A program made the position numbers and the translations under genes. Under the pieces are notes generated by a model. It saw nothing but the letters and a program-made list of their open reading frames with translations, had not been told where the DNA came from and searched no databases. Of a stretch of 64,000 nt of DNA, positions 28,984-39,752 are shown one piece after another (the first letter of the stretch is position 1; each line of letters starts with the position of its first letter). The stretch is from a virus. Taxonomy: Duplodnaviria > Caudoviricetes. Where the stretch lies: IMG/VR virus record IMGVR_UViG_3300009692_000017, positions 1 through 64,000 of that record; one strand, 5' to 3'.

Positions 28984-29902
28984 GTAAACTAGAACCTGGT
29001 TTGAAGATACTTGAGGCCCCCTTGGGAAACGTCATGTCCGTGTGGACCTCCTCACCACACACAGGACAATTAATTTTCAATTCTTTTATGCCATATAACA
29101 TTTTACCAACAACTTCATCTAAAAACAAGAAAGTATCCATATCTAAATTTTTAAATTCCTCTTCTTTTGCCTTAATACCGTCTTCTGAAATAGTTTTTCT
29201 ATCCCATAATGTAAAAGGAATTATTTTTAAAAATGACACATTCGGTGTTTTTTCAGATTGTACCTTATCCTTTATGTTCTTAAAGAATATTTCTTGAATA
29301 CTAATACACGGTGGAGCCAATTTATAAATTTTTTCGTTAATATTGAAGTCAAACGTTCTATCAACTTTATTAAAGAATTGTTCCAGATCTTTATCCATTT
29401 CATAATTAACAAATGTTTTTGGACAATCCGTACCTACTGTAGCACGAAATTGAATCTTAAATTCATGTTTACAATTACTACACGTGGCATCTTTTGCTAA
29501 ATTACTGTTTTTTTGAAACGTTAATTCACGAATCATAAAAATTAAAAACAATCTATCATTATCTTTTAAATCTTTATACGTACCCATCATTCCACCAGGA
29601 TGCTTGATTTTTACACATCGAGACAACATTTCATTCATTTTTTCAGTTACATCAAGGTAATTGTTATCATCTATCGACGAATAAGCTTGCACTTCAGAAA
29701 CTGAAGCTGCTCTAATCATAACAGTTGTGCCTGGTTTATAGAATATACCAGCAGGTAATACACTTAAATCGACAGTAATATAATTTATAGTATTACCATA
29801 TTGATTATCAAATTGTTTTTCTGTAGTGATGTTAACTTGTGGTTTTGTTGATTCGGATATAAATTTCTCTAATGCGTCCTTTTTATTTTCTTTTTCTTCC
29901 AT
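28961..29902 (-). CDS. gp26-like baseplate hub/tail assembly protein
   Basis: LP.G.FY, IRAA.V.E, DRLFLIFMIRELTF, two CxxC motifs (CSNC, CPVCG). Confidence 0.65.
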   Translation of the reverse strand: MEEKENKKDALEKFISESTKPQVNITTEKQFDNQYGNTINYITVDLSVLPAGIFYKPGTTVMIRAASVSEVQAYSSIDDNNYLDVTEKMNEMLSRCVKIKHPGGMMGTYKDLKDNDRLFLIFMIRELTFQKNSNLAKDATCSNCKHEFKIQFRATVGTDCPKTFVNYEMDKDLEQFFNKVDRTFDFNINEKIYKLAPPCISIQEIFFKNIKDKVQSEKTPNVSFLKIIPFTLWDRKTISEDGIKAKEEEFKNLDMDTFLFLDEVVGKMLYGIKELKINCPVCGEEVHTDMTFPKGASSIFKPGSSLLDRISKK

Positions 29903-29996
29903 AAAATAAGTATTTTTTATTAGTATATATTAAAGAAGGTTTGGCCCGTTAAAAAATATCTATAAACTTGAACTTTGATTTTCAATATATAATTAT

Positions 29997-31355
29997 GTGA
30001 TTTTAAGTGAAGAAATAAAAGTAAGATGTAATTCTAAAAATTTTAAACATTTTAATGAATTAGGATATGATGTGAAAATTAACGAATATTTTCAAGTAAA
30101 AATAAAAGATTTATCCAAAAATTCTCATACTAAAATATTTGTAAAATGTGATATTTGTGGTGATATAAAAAATATCACTTATTTTTCGTATTGTAGAAAC
30201 ATTAATAATGGGAATTTATACACTTGTTATAAATGCAGTAAAATTAAATCAAAAAAGACTTCTTTAGATAAATATGGTGTAGAGTATCCAATACAATTAG
30301 AAAATATAAAACAAAAGAGAGAAAAAAACAATATTGAAAAATATGGTGTTGACTATCCGTCTAAATTGAAAGAAAATATAGATAAATGTAAAAAAACTAA
30401 GTTAGAAAAATACGGTAATGAAAATTACGTTAATATAGAAAAAGCTAAAGAAACTAAATTAGAAAAATACGGTAATGAAAATTATGTCAATATTGAAAAA
30501 ATAAAAAAAACTAATTTAGAAAAATATGGATGTGAAAACGTTTTTCAAAACAACGAAATTAAAAATAAAAAAATAAAAACATTTATTAAGAATTACGGTG
30601 TTGATAACTATAGCAAATCAGAAATTTATAAAAATAAAAAAAATAAATTTATTTTAGATAAATATGAAAATATAAATATTCTTGAATCCAATAATGATAT
30701 CATTACTTTCATATGTGATTGTGAAAAAGATCACTTATACGACATAAATATTAATGTTTTGAGAAATAGAATAATATACAAAACAATCTTATGTACTGTT
30801 TGTAATCCTGTCAATTCATACACCAATAGCGGACACGAAATACAATTACAAAATTTTATAAAAGAAAATTATAAAGATGATATAATTTTAAATAACAGAG
30901 ATTTAATTGGTAAAGAATTAGATATATATTTACCAAAAATAAAAATAGCTTTTGAATTTAATGGTTTATATTGGCACTGTGAACTGAATAAAGAAAAAAA
31001 TTATCATCTAAATAAAACAGAAACATGTGAAAATTTGGGAATAAAATTAATTCATATCTACGAAGATGAATGGGTGAATGATGAAGATAAAATAAAAACA
31101 AAAATATTAAATATATTAAAAAATAATAAACCATCCAGTATAGAAGAATTAGAATTTATCGATATTTACAAAATAAAAAAATTAAAAAATGAAATTTTAT
31201 GTGAGGTGGATAGATCATGGTCAAACGGATCAGAATTAGAAGAATTGGATTTTAAATTAATAGAAAAAATAAAACCAGAATATCGTTTTATAGATAAAGA
31301 AAATAAAATTAAAATTTGGAATAGCGGTTATCTGAAATATATTAAATATATTTAA
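29997..31355 (+). CDS. Free-standing homing-endonuclease-like protein, copy 3 (shortened C-terminal domain)
   Basis: VKCDICG, LEKYGNENYVNIEK x2, ELDIYLPKIKIAFEFNGLYWH. Lacks the YARKC...RFCNK segment but keeps DRSWS. Confidence 0.7.
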   Translation: MILSEEIKVRCNSKNFKHFNELGYDVKINEYFQVKIKDLSKNSHTKIFVKCDICGDIKNITYFSYCRNINNGNLYTCYKCSKIKSKKTSLDKYGVEYPIQLENIKQKREKNNIEKYGVDYPSKLKENIDKCKKTKLEKYGNENYVNIEKAKETKLEKYGNENYVNIEKIKKTNLEKYGCENVFQNNEIKNKKIKTFIKNYGVDNYSKSEIYKNKKNKFILDKYENINILESNNDIITFICDCEKDHLYDININVLRNRIIYKTILCTVCNPVNSYTNSGHEIQLQNFIKENYKDDIILNNRDLIGKELDIYLPKIKIAFEFNGLYWHCELNKEKNYHLNKTETCENLGIKLIHIYEDEWVNDEDKIKTKILNILKNNKPSSIEELEFIDIYKIKKLKNEILCEVDRSWSNGSELEELDFKLIEKIKPEYRFIDKENKIKIWNSGYLKYIKYI

Positions 31356-31379
31356 CGATATTAATTTTTGTAACATTTT

Positions 31380-31577
31380 TTATAAAATCCACTCAATATC
31401 TATTCTTTTATGTTTATGCCAACAATAATTATCATTACAAAATCTAATTGACCATTCGTAATGTCCCAACTTAATCATCACATTTTTAAAAAAAGATAAA
31501 AATTGATAATGACAAGAATATGTAGTTTGTTCATTATTTCTATTAAGTACCGGATATATTTGATAATTTTGTTTCAT
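31380..31577 (-). CDS. Small hypothetical protein
   Basis: MKQNYQIYPVL...; ATG 31577 preferred to the longer overlapping call. Confidence 0.45.
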   Translation of the reverse strand: MKQNYQIYPVLNRNNEQTTYSCHYQFLSFFKNVMIKLGHYEWSIRFCNDNYCWHKHKRIDIEWIL

Positions 31578-31590
31578 TCTTCTATATGAA

Positions 31591-32214
31591 TTAAAATTCG
31601 CTGCTAGCACCAGAACCACCAAATTCTCCTTCGCCTATACTTTTTGGCGCAAAAATATACAAGTCTTTATTCACTTTGTGACAAACATGAATTCCGATAT
31701 TTTTATCCGATAATTTATATTCCTTGCCCTTCATATTTTTGGTATCTTTTAAAACCACAACATAGTCAAAATCACTTAATAAATTACCGGAATATATTAT
31801 ATAAAATTCAGTTTCTTCTCTTTTATTTAAATCACTAATTTTAATCAAATGTGAATCAGGAAAAGGTTTTGATGCTGCATATGTACTACCAAAAAATCTA
31901 GTTTTAAACCATATATATTTTGTTCCGTTTGGAACTATAATATTAGTCAAATGTTTAGTATCGTCCTCATATTCATAACTATGTTCAGCAACTATAAATC
32001 CTCCATTCAAAATTAAAGTAAAATCTTCACCTTCAGCGTATAAATTATATTCTTTAAATTGTTGATCAGCTATCACTTCACTCTTAATATGATCTGCCAC
32101 ACCAGTATTAAAGATAGCATCAGCCGCAATTGCACCACCTAATGCTAGTCCTGTACCTAAAAGAGCACCTTTCCATCCCAGTTTTTCATTATATTCTTCA
32201 AAATCTGTTATCAT
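31591..32214 (-). CDS. Hypothetical protein with an internal-protein-like leader and a hydrophobic helix
   Basis: MITDFEEYNE|KLGWKGALLGTGLALGGAIAA; Gly-rich C-terminus. Confidence 0.7.
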   Translation of the reverse strand: MITDFEEYNEKLGWKGALLGTGLALGGAIAADAIFNTGVADHIKSEVIADQQFKEYNLYAEGEDFTLILNGGFIVAEHSYEYEDDTKHLTNIIVPNGTKYIWFKTRFFGSTYAASKPFPDSHLIKISDLNKREETEFYIIYSGNLLSDFDYVVVLKDTKNMKGKEYKLSDKNIGIHVCHKVNKDLYIFAPKSIGEGEFGGSGASSEF

Positions 32215-32273
32215 ATTCTTATATTAATTTTTTAAATATATTCTTATATATTAATTTTTAATATGAAAATAAA

Positions 32274-32303
32274 AAAAAGAGGTGAATTTCTCCGCCTCTT
32301 TTG
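32274..32303. terminator. Intrinsic terminator after the tail-tube/HNH unit
   Basis: aaaaaagaggtg-aatttctc-cgcctctttt hairpin with A/T tails. Confidence 0.6.
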
Positions 32304-32312
32304 ATTGTTATA

Positions 32313-33185
32313 TTAATATTTATTTTTAGATAAATTATCAAATGCCCACAAAGGTTGTAAATTTTCTAAAGCACACACTACCTTTATATCTGTATTATCT
32401 GGAAAATTCGCAACAGCTTTTATATGATCTATGTGCCAATCACCATGATTATCCCATGACATACCTTCAGTAAAAAGAGATTGAATGTGATTTTTTAAAT
32501 CAAGTGCAGAATACCCCAACATATTTATTGTATGCGCCTCCTTCGGAGTATTAAGCCTTTTAAGTGTCGAATATAAAACTGAACGCCAAGCTATTACATG
32601 TGGATTATCATTACGATATTTGTAATATTTTTCCCTGTTTTCTACTTTATATACTTTTATGTATTCTCTCATCTCTTCACGATGATCATCTCTATATTTA
32701 TCAAGGTAATCCTTTATTTTTTCCTTGTTTTTTGGATCATTACGATATTCAGCTTTCTTTTTTAATATTTTTTCTCTATTTTCAATATGATATTCTTTTT
32801 TACGCTCTAATATTTCTTCACGTTTTTCTTCATACCTATTCTTATCATATTCTTTTTGTTTTTCTTTAAAACCAGGTACTTCTTTATATTTTTTTTGAAT
32901 ATCTTTGACGCATTCTTTACACTCTTTTCTATGTCCATCTGAGGTTCCTCTTTTTATATGAAAATCATTTATATTTTTTTCAATTCCACAAACACGACAA
33001 ATTTTAAGACCTTCCGTTTTAATTTCTTTTAGAGAATCTATCTCTTTTCTTTTTTCTTTATCGTTATATAATTTATTACAACATTCTTTACATTCATTAC
33101 GACGACCATCCTTCATTTTGTCATTTTTCGTAAAACACTCCACATTTTTTAGTTTTCCACAAACTCTACATAATTTATTTTCCAT
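32313..33185 (-). CDS. HNH homing endonuclease with two N-terminal CxxC...CKEC zinc modules
   Basis: CRVCG...CKEC x2; GMSWDNHGDWHIDHIKAV...LENLQPLWAFDNLSK. Confidence 0.85.
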   Translation of the reverse strand: MENKLCRVCGKLKNVECFTKNDKMKDGRRNECKECCNKLYNDKEKRKEIDSLKEIKTEGLKICRVCGIEKNINDFHIKRGTSDGHRKECKECVKDIQKKYKEVPGFKEKQKEYDKNRYEEKREEILERKKEYHIENREKILKKKAEYRNDPKNKEKIKDYLDKYRDDHREEMREYIKVYKVENREKYYKYRNDNPHVIAWRSVLYSTLKRLNTPKEAHTINMLGYSALDLKNHIQSLFTEGMSWDNHGDWHIDHIKAVANFPDNTDIKVVCALENLQPLWAFDNLSKNKY

Positions 33186-33298
33186 AATCTTTTCCTCTCA
33201 ATAATCCTGGCTATTTTTTAGCAAAAATATAAGACTTATATAGTCTTATATTTTATAAGTTTAAAATAATTTATTATTTTTATTTAGTCTAAATAAAA

Positions 33299-33892
33299 TT
33301 AGTAATAAAAATCTTCCCAGTAGTCACAAGCGAAGGTTGCGCTTAGGTCGTGAATTTCTGTTACTGATGACCAGTCGATATCTTCCCAACCAGTGAAGCT
33401 TGTTACCATAGCGTTATGCCAAATAACACGTCTTATAACAAGACCTTCTTTATCGTGGACGTCGATTGTAACCATTCCGACGAGATTCCCTTTATAATTT
33501 AGTTGTCCTGTCTCGTTATTCCATAGTAAATCATACCAGTCTTTTATAGCTCTAAAAACAGGAACTCTACCGGCCACAACACCACTTGAGTTTTGTGAAA
33601 CATTAACAGATTCATTTAAATTGAATTTAATAGTTTGGTCTGTTAAATGTGTTTGATTAGGTAATGTTGGATAGATTCTTGTTGAATATTTAAATCTTTG
33701 TTCCTTGACATCTATTTTCGGATATGTTGGTAACGGAACACTAGTGGCATTTTCAATCAAAATTGATCTAATCCCCTCTAAATTAGCCAATACCAAAGGC
33801 GGAAGATCTATTTGGATTTCGAATAAACTTTTATAAATAGGTTCCCAAATGTTCATTGCTGTTGTTACGTTTGTAAAATGTGCTAAACCCAT
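33299..33892 (-). CDS. Tail tube protein (gp19-like)
   Basis: EPIYKSLFEI, W.DL.WN.ETG, D..G...R, F..DYWED; lies downstream of the sheath gene. Confidence 0.8.
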   Translation of the reverse strand: MGLAHFTNVTTAMNIWEPIYKSLFEIQIDLPPLVLANLEGIRSILIENATSVPLPTYPKIDVKEQRFKYSTRIYPTLPNQTHLTDQTIKFNLNESVNVSQNSSGVVAGRVPVFRAIKDWYDLLWNNETGQLNYKGNLVGMVTIDVHDKEGLVIRRVIWHNAMVTSFTGWEDIDWSSVTEIHDLSATFACDYWEDFYY

Positions 33893-33936
33893 ATTTTCTG
33901 TTATTATTTTTTATTTTTTTATTTTCCCTTTAATAT

Positions 33937-34071
33937 TATATATTAATATTATCTTCGCTCCTCTGATATATATATTAATATTTTTTTCTATTTTTTCTAT
34001 TAAATTTATATATTAATCTTTCATTTTCATTTTTTTAAGATTATTCTCTTAACTATTAGGTGTATATATTA
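33937..34071 (-). promoter_or_regulatory. Cluster of four TAATATATA late-promoter-like motifs upstream of the tail tube gene
   Basis: tatatatta on + at 33937, 33969, 34007 and 34063. Confidence 0.55.
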
Positions 34072-34127
34072 AAATTAAAACTTTATATTTTTTATATTCT
34101 ATAAGAGAGTAAGAAACACTTATATTT

Positions 34128-35666
34128 ATGAATAATAATGTAGAAATTATAATAAAAGAAAATGGACCGTCTGGGAGAATGTATTTAGAGAAATATGTTA
34201 TGAAAAATCATATTGATATCTATAACGACATTATATCTTTTTGTAATGATAATGATTTAAAAGAACTGTCATTTAAAGAAAAAGTATATCATTATGTTAA
34301 TGATATTAAAGAAATTGTGTTATGTAAAAATCCGAATTGTAATAATAAAACAAGATTTAAAAATTCAACATTAGGATATGGTAATTATTGTTCCATTCAA
34401 TGTATAAGTAGTGATCCCAATATTAAAGCGATTAAAGAAAAGAAATCATATGAAAAATATGGAACTAAGGCACCAGCGATGAATAAACGGGTTAAAGATA
34501 AAATGATTAATACAAATAATAATAGATATGGCGGAAATAGTCCATTAAATAATAAAGATATTATCGAAAAGTCCTTAAAATCTTTTCGAAAAACAAAAAT
34601 AAATAAAAATTTAGAAAAATATAAAAACTATAAAAACTTACAAATACTAGGTGTAGATTATGATAACAAAACATTTAAATTTAAATGTGATAAGAATCAT
34701 GTATTTGATATAGATATGAATCTATTTAGAAATAGAAATAAAATAGATACAGTAATATGTACAGTTTGCAATCCCGTAAGTTCTTTTAGTAATAGTGGTC
34801 ATGAGTTGCAATTTAGAAAATATATTGAAGACACGTATAAAGAAGAAATATTATATAACGATAGAAATATAATAGGTAAAGAAATAGATATTTACCTACC
34901 AAAATTGATGTTGGGTTTTGAATTTAATGAAGTTTATTGGCATAATGAATTACACAAACCAAATAATTTTCATTTAGATAAAACGGTACTATGTGAGAAA
35001 AATAAAATAAAATTAATACATGTATATCAAGACGATTGGTTGTATAAACAAAACATAGTTAAATCCAGAATTCTAAATCTTCTTGGTAAATCGGAAAGAA
35101 TAATGGCTAGGAAATGTATAATAAAAGAAATTGATGATAATGATTTGGTTAGAGAATTCCTAGATCAAAATCACTTACAGGGATTTGTTGGTTCTAAAAT
35201 TAAAATTGGTTTATTTTTCAAAAATGTATTAGTTTCTTTAATGACGTTTGGGGATCTTAGGAAATTAATGGGTCAAAAATCTTTAGATGGATCATATGAA
35301 ATGTTACGATTTTGTAATAAATTGAACAATAACGTTATCGGAGGAGCTAGTCGTTTATTCAAATATTTCATCGATCACTATGAACCGAAAGAAGTAATAA
35401 GTTATGCTGATCGTAGTTGGTCATCTGGTAATTTATATGAAAATCTAGGATTTAAATTAATTCATAAAACACAACCAAATTATTATTATGTTACAAATGA
35501 CGGTATAAGAAAACATAGATTTGAATTCAGAAAAGACGTTTTAATTAGACAAGGATTCGATCCAAATAAAACTGAACACGAAATAATGTTAGAACGCAAA
35601 ATTTATAGAATATACGACTCGGGACATTTAAAATATAAATACGAAAACAAAAAAAAGGAGACCTAA
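34128..35666 (+). CDS. Free-standing homing-endonuclease-like protein, copy 4 (between sheath and tube, opposite strand)
   Basis: CKNPNC...YCSIQC, EKYG, EIDIYLPKLMLGFEFNEVYWH, MARKC, NHLQG, ISYADRSWS. Confidence 0.75.
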   Translation: MNNNVEIIIKENGPSGRMYLEKYVMKNHIDIYNDIISFCNDNDLKELSFKEKVYHYVNDIKEIVLCKNPNCNNKTRFKNSTLGYGNYCSIQCISSDPNIKAIKEKKSYEKYGTKAPAMNKRVKDKMINTNNNRYGGNSPLNNKDIIEKSLKSFRKTKINKNLEKYKNYKNLQILGVDYDNKTFKFKCDKNHVFDIDMNLFRNRNKIDTVICTVCNPVSSFSNSGHELQFRKYIEDTYKEEILYNDRNIIGKEIDIYLPKLMLGFEFNEVYWHNELHKPNNFHLDKTVLCEKNKIKLIHVYQDDWLYKQNIVKSRILNLLGKSERIMARKCIIKEIDDNDLVREFLDQNHLQGFVGSKIKIGLFFKNVLVSLMTFGDLRKLMGQKSLDGSYEMLRFCNKLNNNVIGGASRLFKYFIDHYEPKEVISYADRSWSSGNLYENLGFKLIHKTQPNYYYVTNDGIRKHRFEFRKDVLIRQGFDPNKTEHEIMLERKIYRIYDSGHLKYKYENKKKET

Positions 35667-35680
35667 AGTCTCCTTTTTTA
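35651..35680. terminator. Bidirectional intrinsic terminator
   Basis: aaaaaaggagac-ctaaa-gtctcctttttt, between converging genes. Confidence 0.8.
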
Positions 35681-35698
35681 ATTATATACAACATTCAA

Positions 35699-38600
35699 TT
35701 ATGCTGGGGAAAATCCTTTTGATGAGATTGTTCCTTTTTTGAGAATTGTAATATTATTTACAATTATACCCATTCCCTTTATGATTTCCACATACGTATC
35801 AAGCACACCCATTTGTAGATCAATTATATAATCGGTGTTATTTGTTTTGTCACATACGTTTTTGAAATCGTAGAGTGCGTTGGTATCTAGAAGTTCTTTG
35901 CAGATTTGATCAGCTCTGAATTTTATTTCAGCTCTAATTTCAGGTGTATTAAATCTCCAATGATAGTTGAGTAACATATCATATAGTCTATTTTCGAGTT
36001 CAATAAGAACTTCTCTGGAGTGCATATAGCTAAGTGAAGAAATTGGAAATACTTGAGCAGTGCTTTCAGAGTTTATATTATATCCTCTATTAAGAGAATA
36101 TACAATTGGATTGGCTCCCATAGCATAGAAGTTTTCTAGATCTTCATTAGTAAATCTCATTTCTGTTGCAGAAATGTCTTTTATTTTTGAAAATTGAGGA
36201 CCAGCTATAATTTGCCACGGATAAGAACTACCGAGTTCACCTGTGAATTTTGCCATATAGGCTTTAGCTGCCTTGGCAGCTGGTGGAATGAATTTAGTAT
36301 TATCGTTAACATCTTTTACATATGGGAAGAAATAACCAACAGTTGACATACCAACACCGTTTCCAAAACTATATAAGAAGTTAGGGTTGAGATCTGGATT
36401 ACCACCTTCTTTGATGTATTCAGTATTAATTGTTCTATCATCATTTATAAAACTTGGATTTATTGATGTTTTGAATTGTCTGACGCTTGGCATATTAATG
36501 AATCCAAGACAGTTCAATTTAGCACCACAGAGATCAACATATTCTTGTTTAGAATTTGAAGTTAAACCCAGTCCAAACGAATCCACTAAATATCTCCAAG
36601 TGATTCTATTTTTATTAACAAGTCCTTTAGCCAAGTTTGTTGATTTATCAATAACACTCATGATTGAATCTAATCTAGCGTCTGTTCCATTTGGAATAGA
36701 ATCTGGATGTATTACGAATGGATCTAATGTTACACCATAATATTCATCAAAGTAATTATCGATTGATTTATATGCAGTAGTTTGATAATCCGGAGTTAAT
36801 GTGGAACCAGAATTATTCCAAATTTTAATAGGACCATCTGCATATAAAATTTTCAATGATGTATTTACAGTATCGCCAACAGTATTTATGATTTTTACCA
36901 ATTTTCTTGGTTGTTCACCATTTAGATAACCTTGGCCTGGCGCATCATAGTATGATGTATCATAATAACCTTCGAGGTACCAACCTTTTGTTATTTCACT
37001 ATATCTTGTTTTATCAACATAAATATAATATGTGTTTGTAAGATCGGTTATGCTGCTATAATTTTCGATTTCTAAAGTTTGTTTCATATTTTCTTTATCT
37101 GAATGTACTGATAATTTATAATCATATAATGGCCAATTTAATGGATTTATTTGCACAGGATCTGATGTTGGATCATTTAATAAAAATTGTGTTATTAAAT
37201 TTTTATTTTCATCAATGTACATTTTCAAATAATAAATATTTGTTGTTTCTCCTGTATCATTATTTTTATAAAACCAATCTAGATTGTTTATTTCACCATT
37301 ATAATAACCCAAATAGAAATTTGAATATTTTGCGGCTACTCCGAAGTCTATTCCTAATCCTGTCATTGGATATACTGGTTTTTCTGTTGTCATTATTGTT
37401 GATATTTTAGCTGATACACCGGTTGGTAGTACGAATTCATTATCAACATAATATATTATGAATTTTCCATTATTACAATAATCTGCTGGTATGTAACTCA
37501 CGCCATCGAAATAAATTACAATTTTTGCATTTTCTGTTGTAGTGCTTTCAAAAATGAAATAATTATCGTCTATATTATATTTATAACCATTTTTATAATT
37601 AATAATTGCTGATTTTCCTAATAAAATTTTAGATTCCATTTCAGCAAACACCTTTTGAAGTCTTAATTTATCATAATCCGAATAAATTGTCGAACCACTA
37701 GTTCCTTGGAATGTTAAGATTAAAGACGTGGATGTAGTAGTACATAATATTGTGTAATCATCCATCGATTGATAATATCTATATCCTGATGAAGTCGTAG
37801 TTACACCAGTATAATATGATGTTGTTTCGTCATCGTTCCATGTGTGTTTAATACTACATAAAATTATTGTATTTTCATTACTTAATAAATAATTTGGAGC
37901 ACTTGGTGTTGTTCCAACAGATGCAGTACCAGTTAAAACGTGAGATGTAGATGAATCTGTACTTAAATAAACAACATCAATTCTACTTTGAGTTGTTCCT
38001 GAACTTGTACCTGAACCCAGAACAAAAGGACTAAAGAAGATTTTTTCTGAATTCAATTGGTATTGAGTTTCACCGATTTGATACGTATAACCTGATACAT
38101 CATCGATCAATTTATTTTTAATTGAATAAATAAATGTATTTGTGGTTCCTGATGAAGTTATTCCAGATAATGGATCACCATCATGAGATCCAGAAATTGT
38201 TATTGATGTATTTCCAGTATTTATGATATAATATGGAGTTAAACTATCAATTATACCAAAAGATCTATTGAAATAAATAACATCACCTATTTCTGTTGTA
38301 CCCGAAACAATACTCGTGTTAGTTGTCAATACCCCAGTTGATGAATCTATTGCATTTATTTTATATGTATAATTATAATTTACGCCATTTGCTAATTCTG
38401 GATAAATATTAGTATACCAATTTGTATATGCGGCTGTTCTGCCTGATAACCATCCTGGAGTTGAAATCATATTTACAGCATAATTACCAAAAACATTTCC
38501 GGGACTATCTAAATAAGTTTGTTCGTAATCCAAAATTTCACTAAAGGTTCCTTTATATGACATGAAATTTAAAGATTTTTTATCAGTACCGACTAATGTC

Positions 38601-39565
38601 GAACCAATTAAATCGATAGCACCTTTTGGATAATCAGCATTCAATAGGGCATCTTCATTATAATAACAGAAAATTCCAGTTTTTTCAGTAGATGAGTTGA
38701 TGACGTTTTTAATGTATAGATCTCTACCATTCATATCTTTGAAATTTGGTATTAAACTAACATCGTAATATGCAACAACATTGACCAATCTATCATTAAC
38801 AAAATCTTGAATATTGGATTTTATCAAACCTTTAGTATTAAAATATGTTCCCCAATATGGATCAGTACTGAGTTTAACGTAATCTGTCCAATCACCATAA
38901 ACCGCCAAAACGCTAATCATATAATCAGAAATATAATCTTTAGGATTCATAAATAGAGGAACTTTATCGGCCCCATTATACCAACTCTCCGCTGTAACAT
39001 CAAATCCTGTTATAGCTGACTTAAACATAAAAAGAGTGAACTTTTTATCTCCCATATTTGTTAAATGGAGAATGTCATGGGATGGATCTGGTTGATTAAT
39101 TGGATTATCGGCAAATTCTTCATCAACAATATCCATAAATGATTCTGTATCTCTTTCCCAGAAATCTTGTCTATTGAAAAATCTTTCGTATGGAGCCGTA
39201 TTTTTAGGACCGTTATCATATTGTGAAGAAACTGATATAGATTCCCATTGTAATAGGTCTCTATTAGGATCGGTTTTTAATAAATTTAAAGCCCAAATTG
39301 GTCCTTTTTGTAACATGTCTAATACAGTTCTATGAAAGTAAGACCCTTTATTTTCCAAATTTTTATCAACTGGTCCATAAGTCGACTCAAAATCCACAGG
39401 ACTATCTATTCTAACTGGCTTGTTTATAGGTCCTTTTTTTGAGAAACCAGGTACTAAATTAATCAAAACTTCTTGAATCGGTAGTTCAATTATTGATTGA
39501 TCAATTTCATTAATAAAAATGCCTGGTCGTTTGTATTTACCTAAATCTTTGTTACTTACTGGCAT
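35699..39565 (-). CDS. Tail sheath protein (gp18-like) with a large central insertion
   Basis: N-terminal RPGIFINEIDQS, GFSKKGP.N.P; C-terminal PWQIIAGP, NPI, LSYMHSREVLI, FNTPEIR, CDKTNNT, DTYVE. Confidence 0.92.
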   Translation of the reverse strand: MPVSNKDLGKYKRPGIFINEIDQSIIELPIQEVLINLVPGFSKKGPINKPVRIDSPVDFESTYGPVDKNLENKGSYFHRTVLDMLQKGPIWALNLLKTDPNRDLLQWESISVSSQYDNGPKNTAPYERFFNRQDFWERDTESFMDIVDEEFADNPINQPDPSHDILHLTNMGDKKFTLFMFKSAITGFDVTAESWYNGADKVPLFMNPKDYISDYMISVLAVYGDWTDYVKLSTDPYWGTYFNTKGLIKSNIQDFVNDRLVNVVAYYDVSLIPNFKDMNGRDLYIKNVINSSTEKTGIFCYYNEDALLNADYPKGAIDLIGSTLVGTDKKSLNFMSYKGTFSEILDYEQTYLDSPGNVFGNYAVNMISTPGWLSGRTAAYTNWYTNIYPELANGVNYNYTYKINAIDSSTGVLTTNTSIVSGTTEIGDVIYFNRSFGIIDSLTPYYIINTGNTSITISGSHDGDPLSGITSSGTTNTFIYSIKNKLIDDVSGYTYQIGETQYQLNSEKIFFSPFVLGSGTSSGTTQSRIDVVYLSTDSSTSHVLTGTASVGTTPSAPNYLLSNENTIILCSIKHTWNDDETTSYYTGVTTTSSGYRYYQSMDDYTILCTTTSTSLILTFQGTSGSTIYSDYDKLRLQKVFAEMESKILLGKSAIINYKNGYKYNIDDNYFIFESTTTENAKIVIYFDGVSYIPADYCNNGKFIIYYVDNEFVLPTGVSAKISTIMTTEKPVYPMTGLGIDFGVAAKYSNFYLGYYNGEINNLDWFYKNNDTGETTNIYYLKMYIDENKNLITQFLLNDPTSDPVQINPLNWPLYDYKLSVHSDKENMKQTLEIENYSSITDLTNTYYIYVDKTRYSEITKGWYLEGYYDTSYYDAPGQGYLNGEQPRKLVKIINTVGDTVNTSLKILYADGPIKIWNNSGSTLTPDYQTTAYKSIDNYFDEYYGVTLDPFVIHPDSIPNGTDARLDSIMSVIDKSTNLAKGLVNKNRITWRYLVDSFGLGLTSNSKQEYVDLCGAKLNCLGFINMPSVRQFKTSINPSFINDDRTINTEYIKEGGNPDLNPNFLYSFGNGVGMSTVGYFFPYVKDVNDNTKFIPPAAKAAKAYMAKFTGELGSSYPWQIIAGPQFSKIKDISATEMRFTNEDLENFYAMGANPIVYSLNRGYNINSESTAQVFPISSLSYMHSREVLIELENRLYDMLLNYHWRFNTPEIRAEIKFRADQICKELLDTNALYDFKNVCDKTNNTDYIIDLQMGVLDTYVEIIKGMGIIVNNITILKKGTISSKGFSPA

Positions 39566-39713
39566 ATTTTTTTAAATTATTTTTTATACGTCTAATATAT
39601 TAGACATATTTTTGTTCTTTTTATACTATATATATTATTACAAAACTCATTTTTTATCAATTTTTGAACTGAGAAATAAGAAGATCTCCATCTTTTCAGT
39701 TAAAAATGAGAAA

Positions 39714-39748
39714 ATAAAAAAACCTATCATTTATTTGATAGGTTTTTG
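39714..39748. terminator. Intrinsic terminator
   Basis: aaaaacctatca-tttatt-tgataggttttt. Confidence 0.75.
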
Positions 39749-39752
39749 ATTT

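Noticed and set aside
38845-38870. DPYWG in the tail sheath as another copy of the DPYGEEDW tag
   Set aside because: It lacks the acidic EE and the distal Trp spacing.
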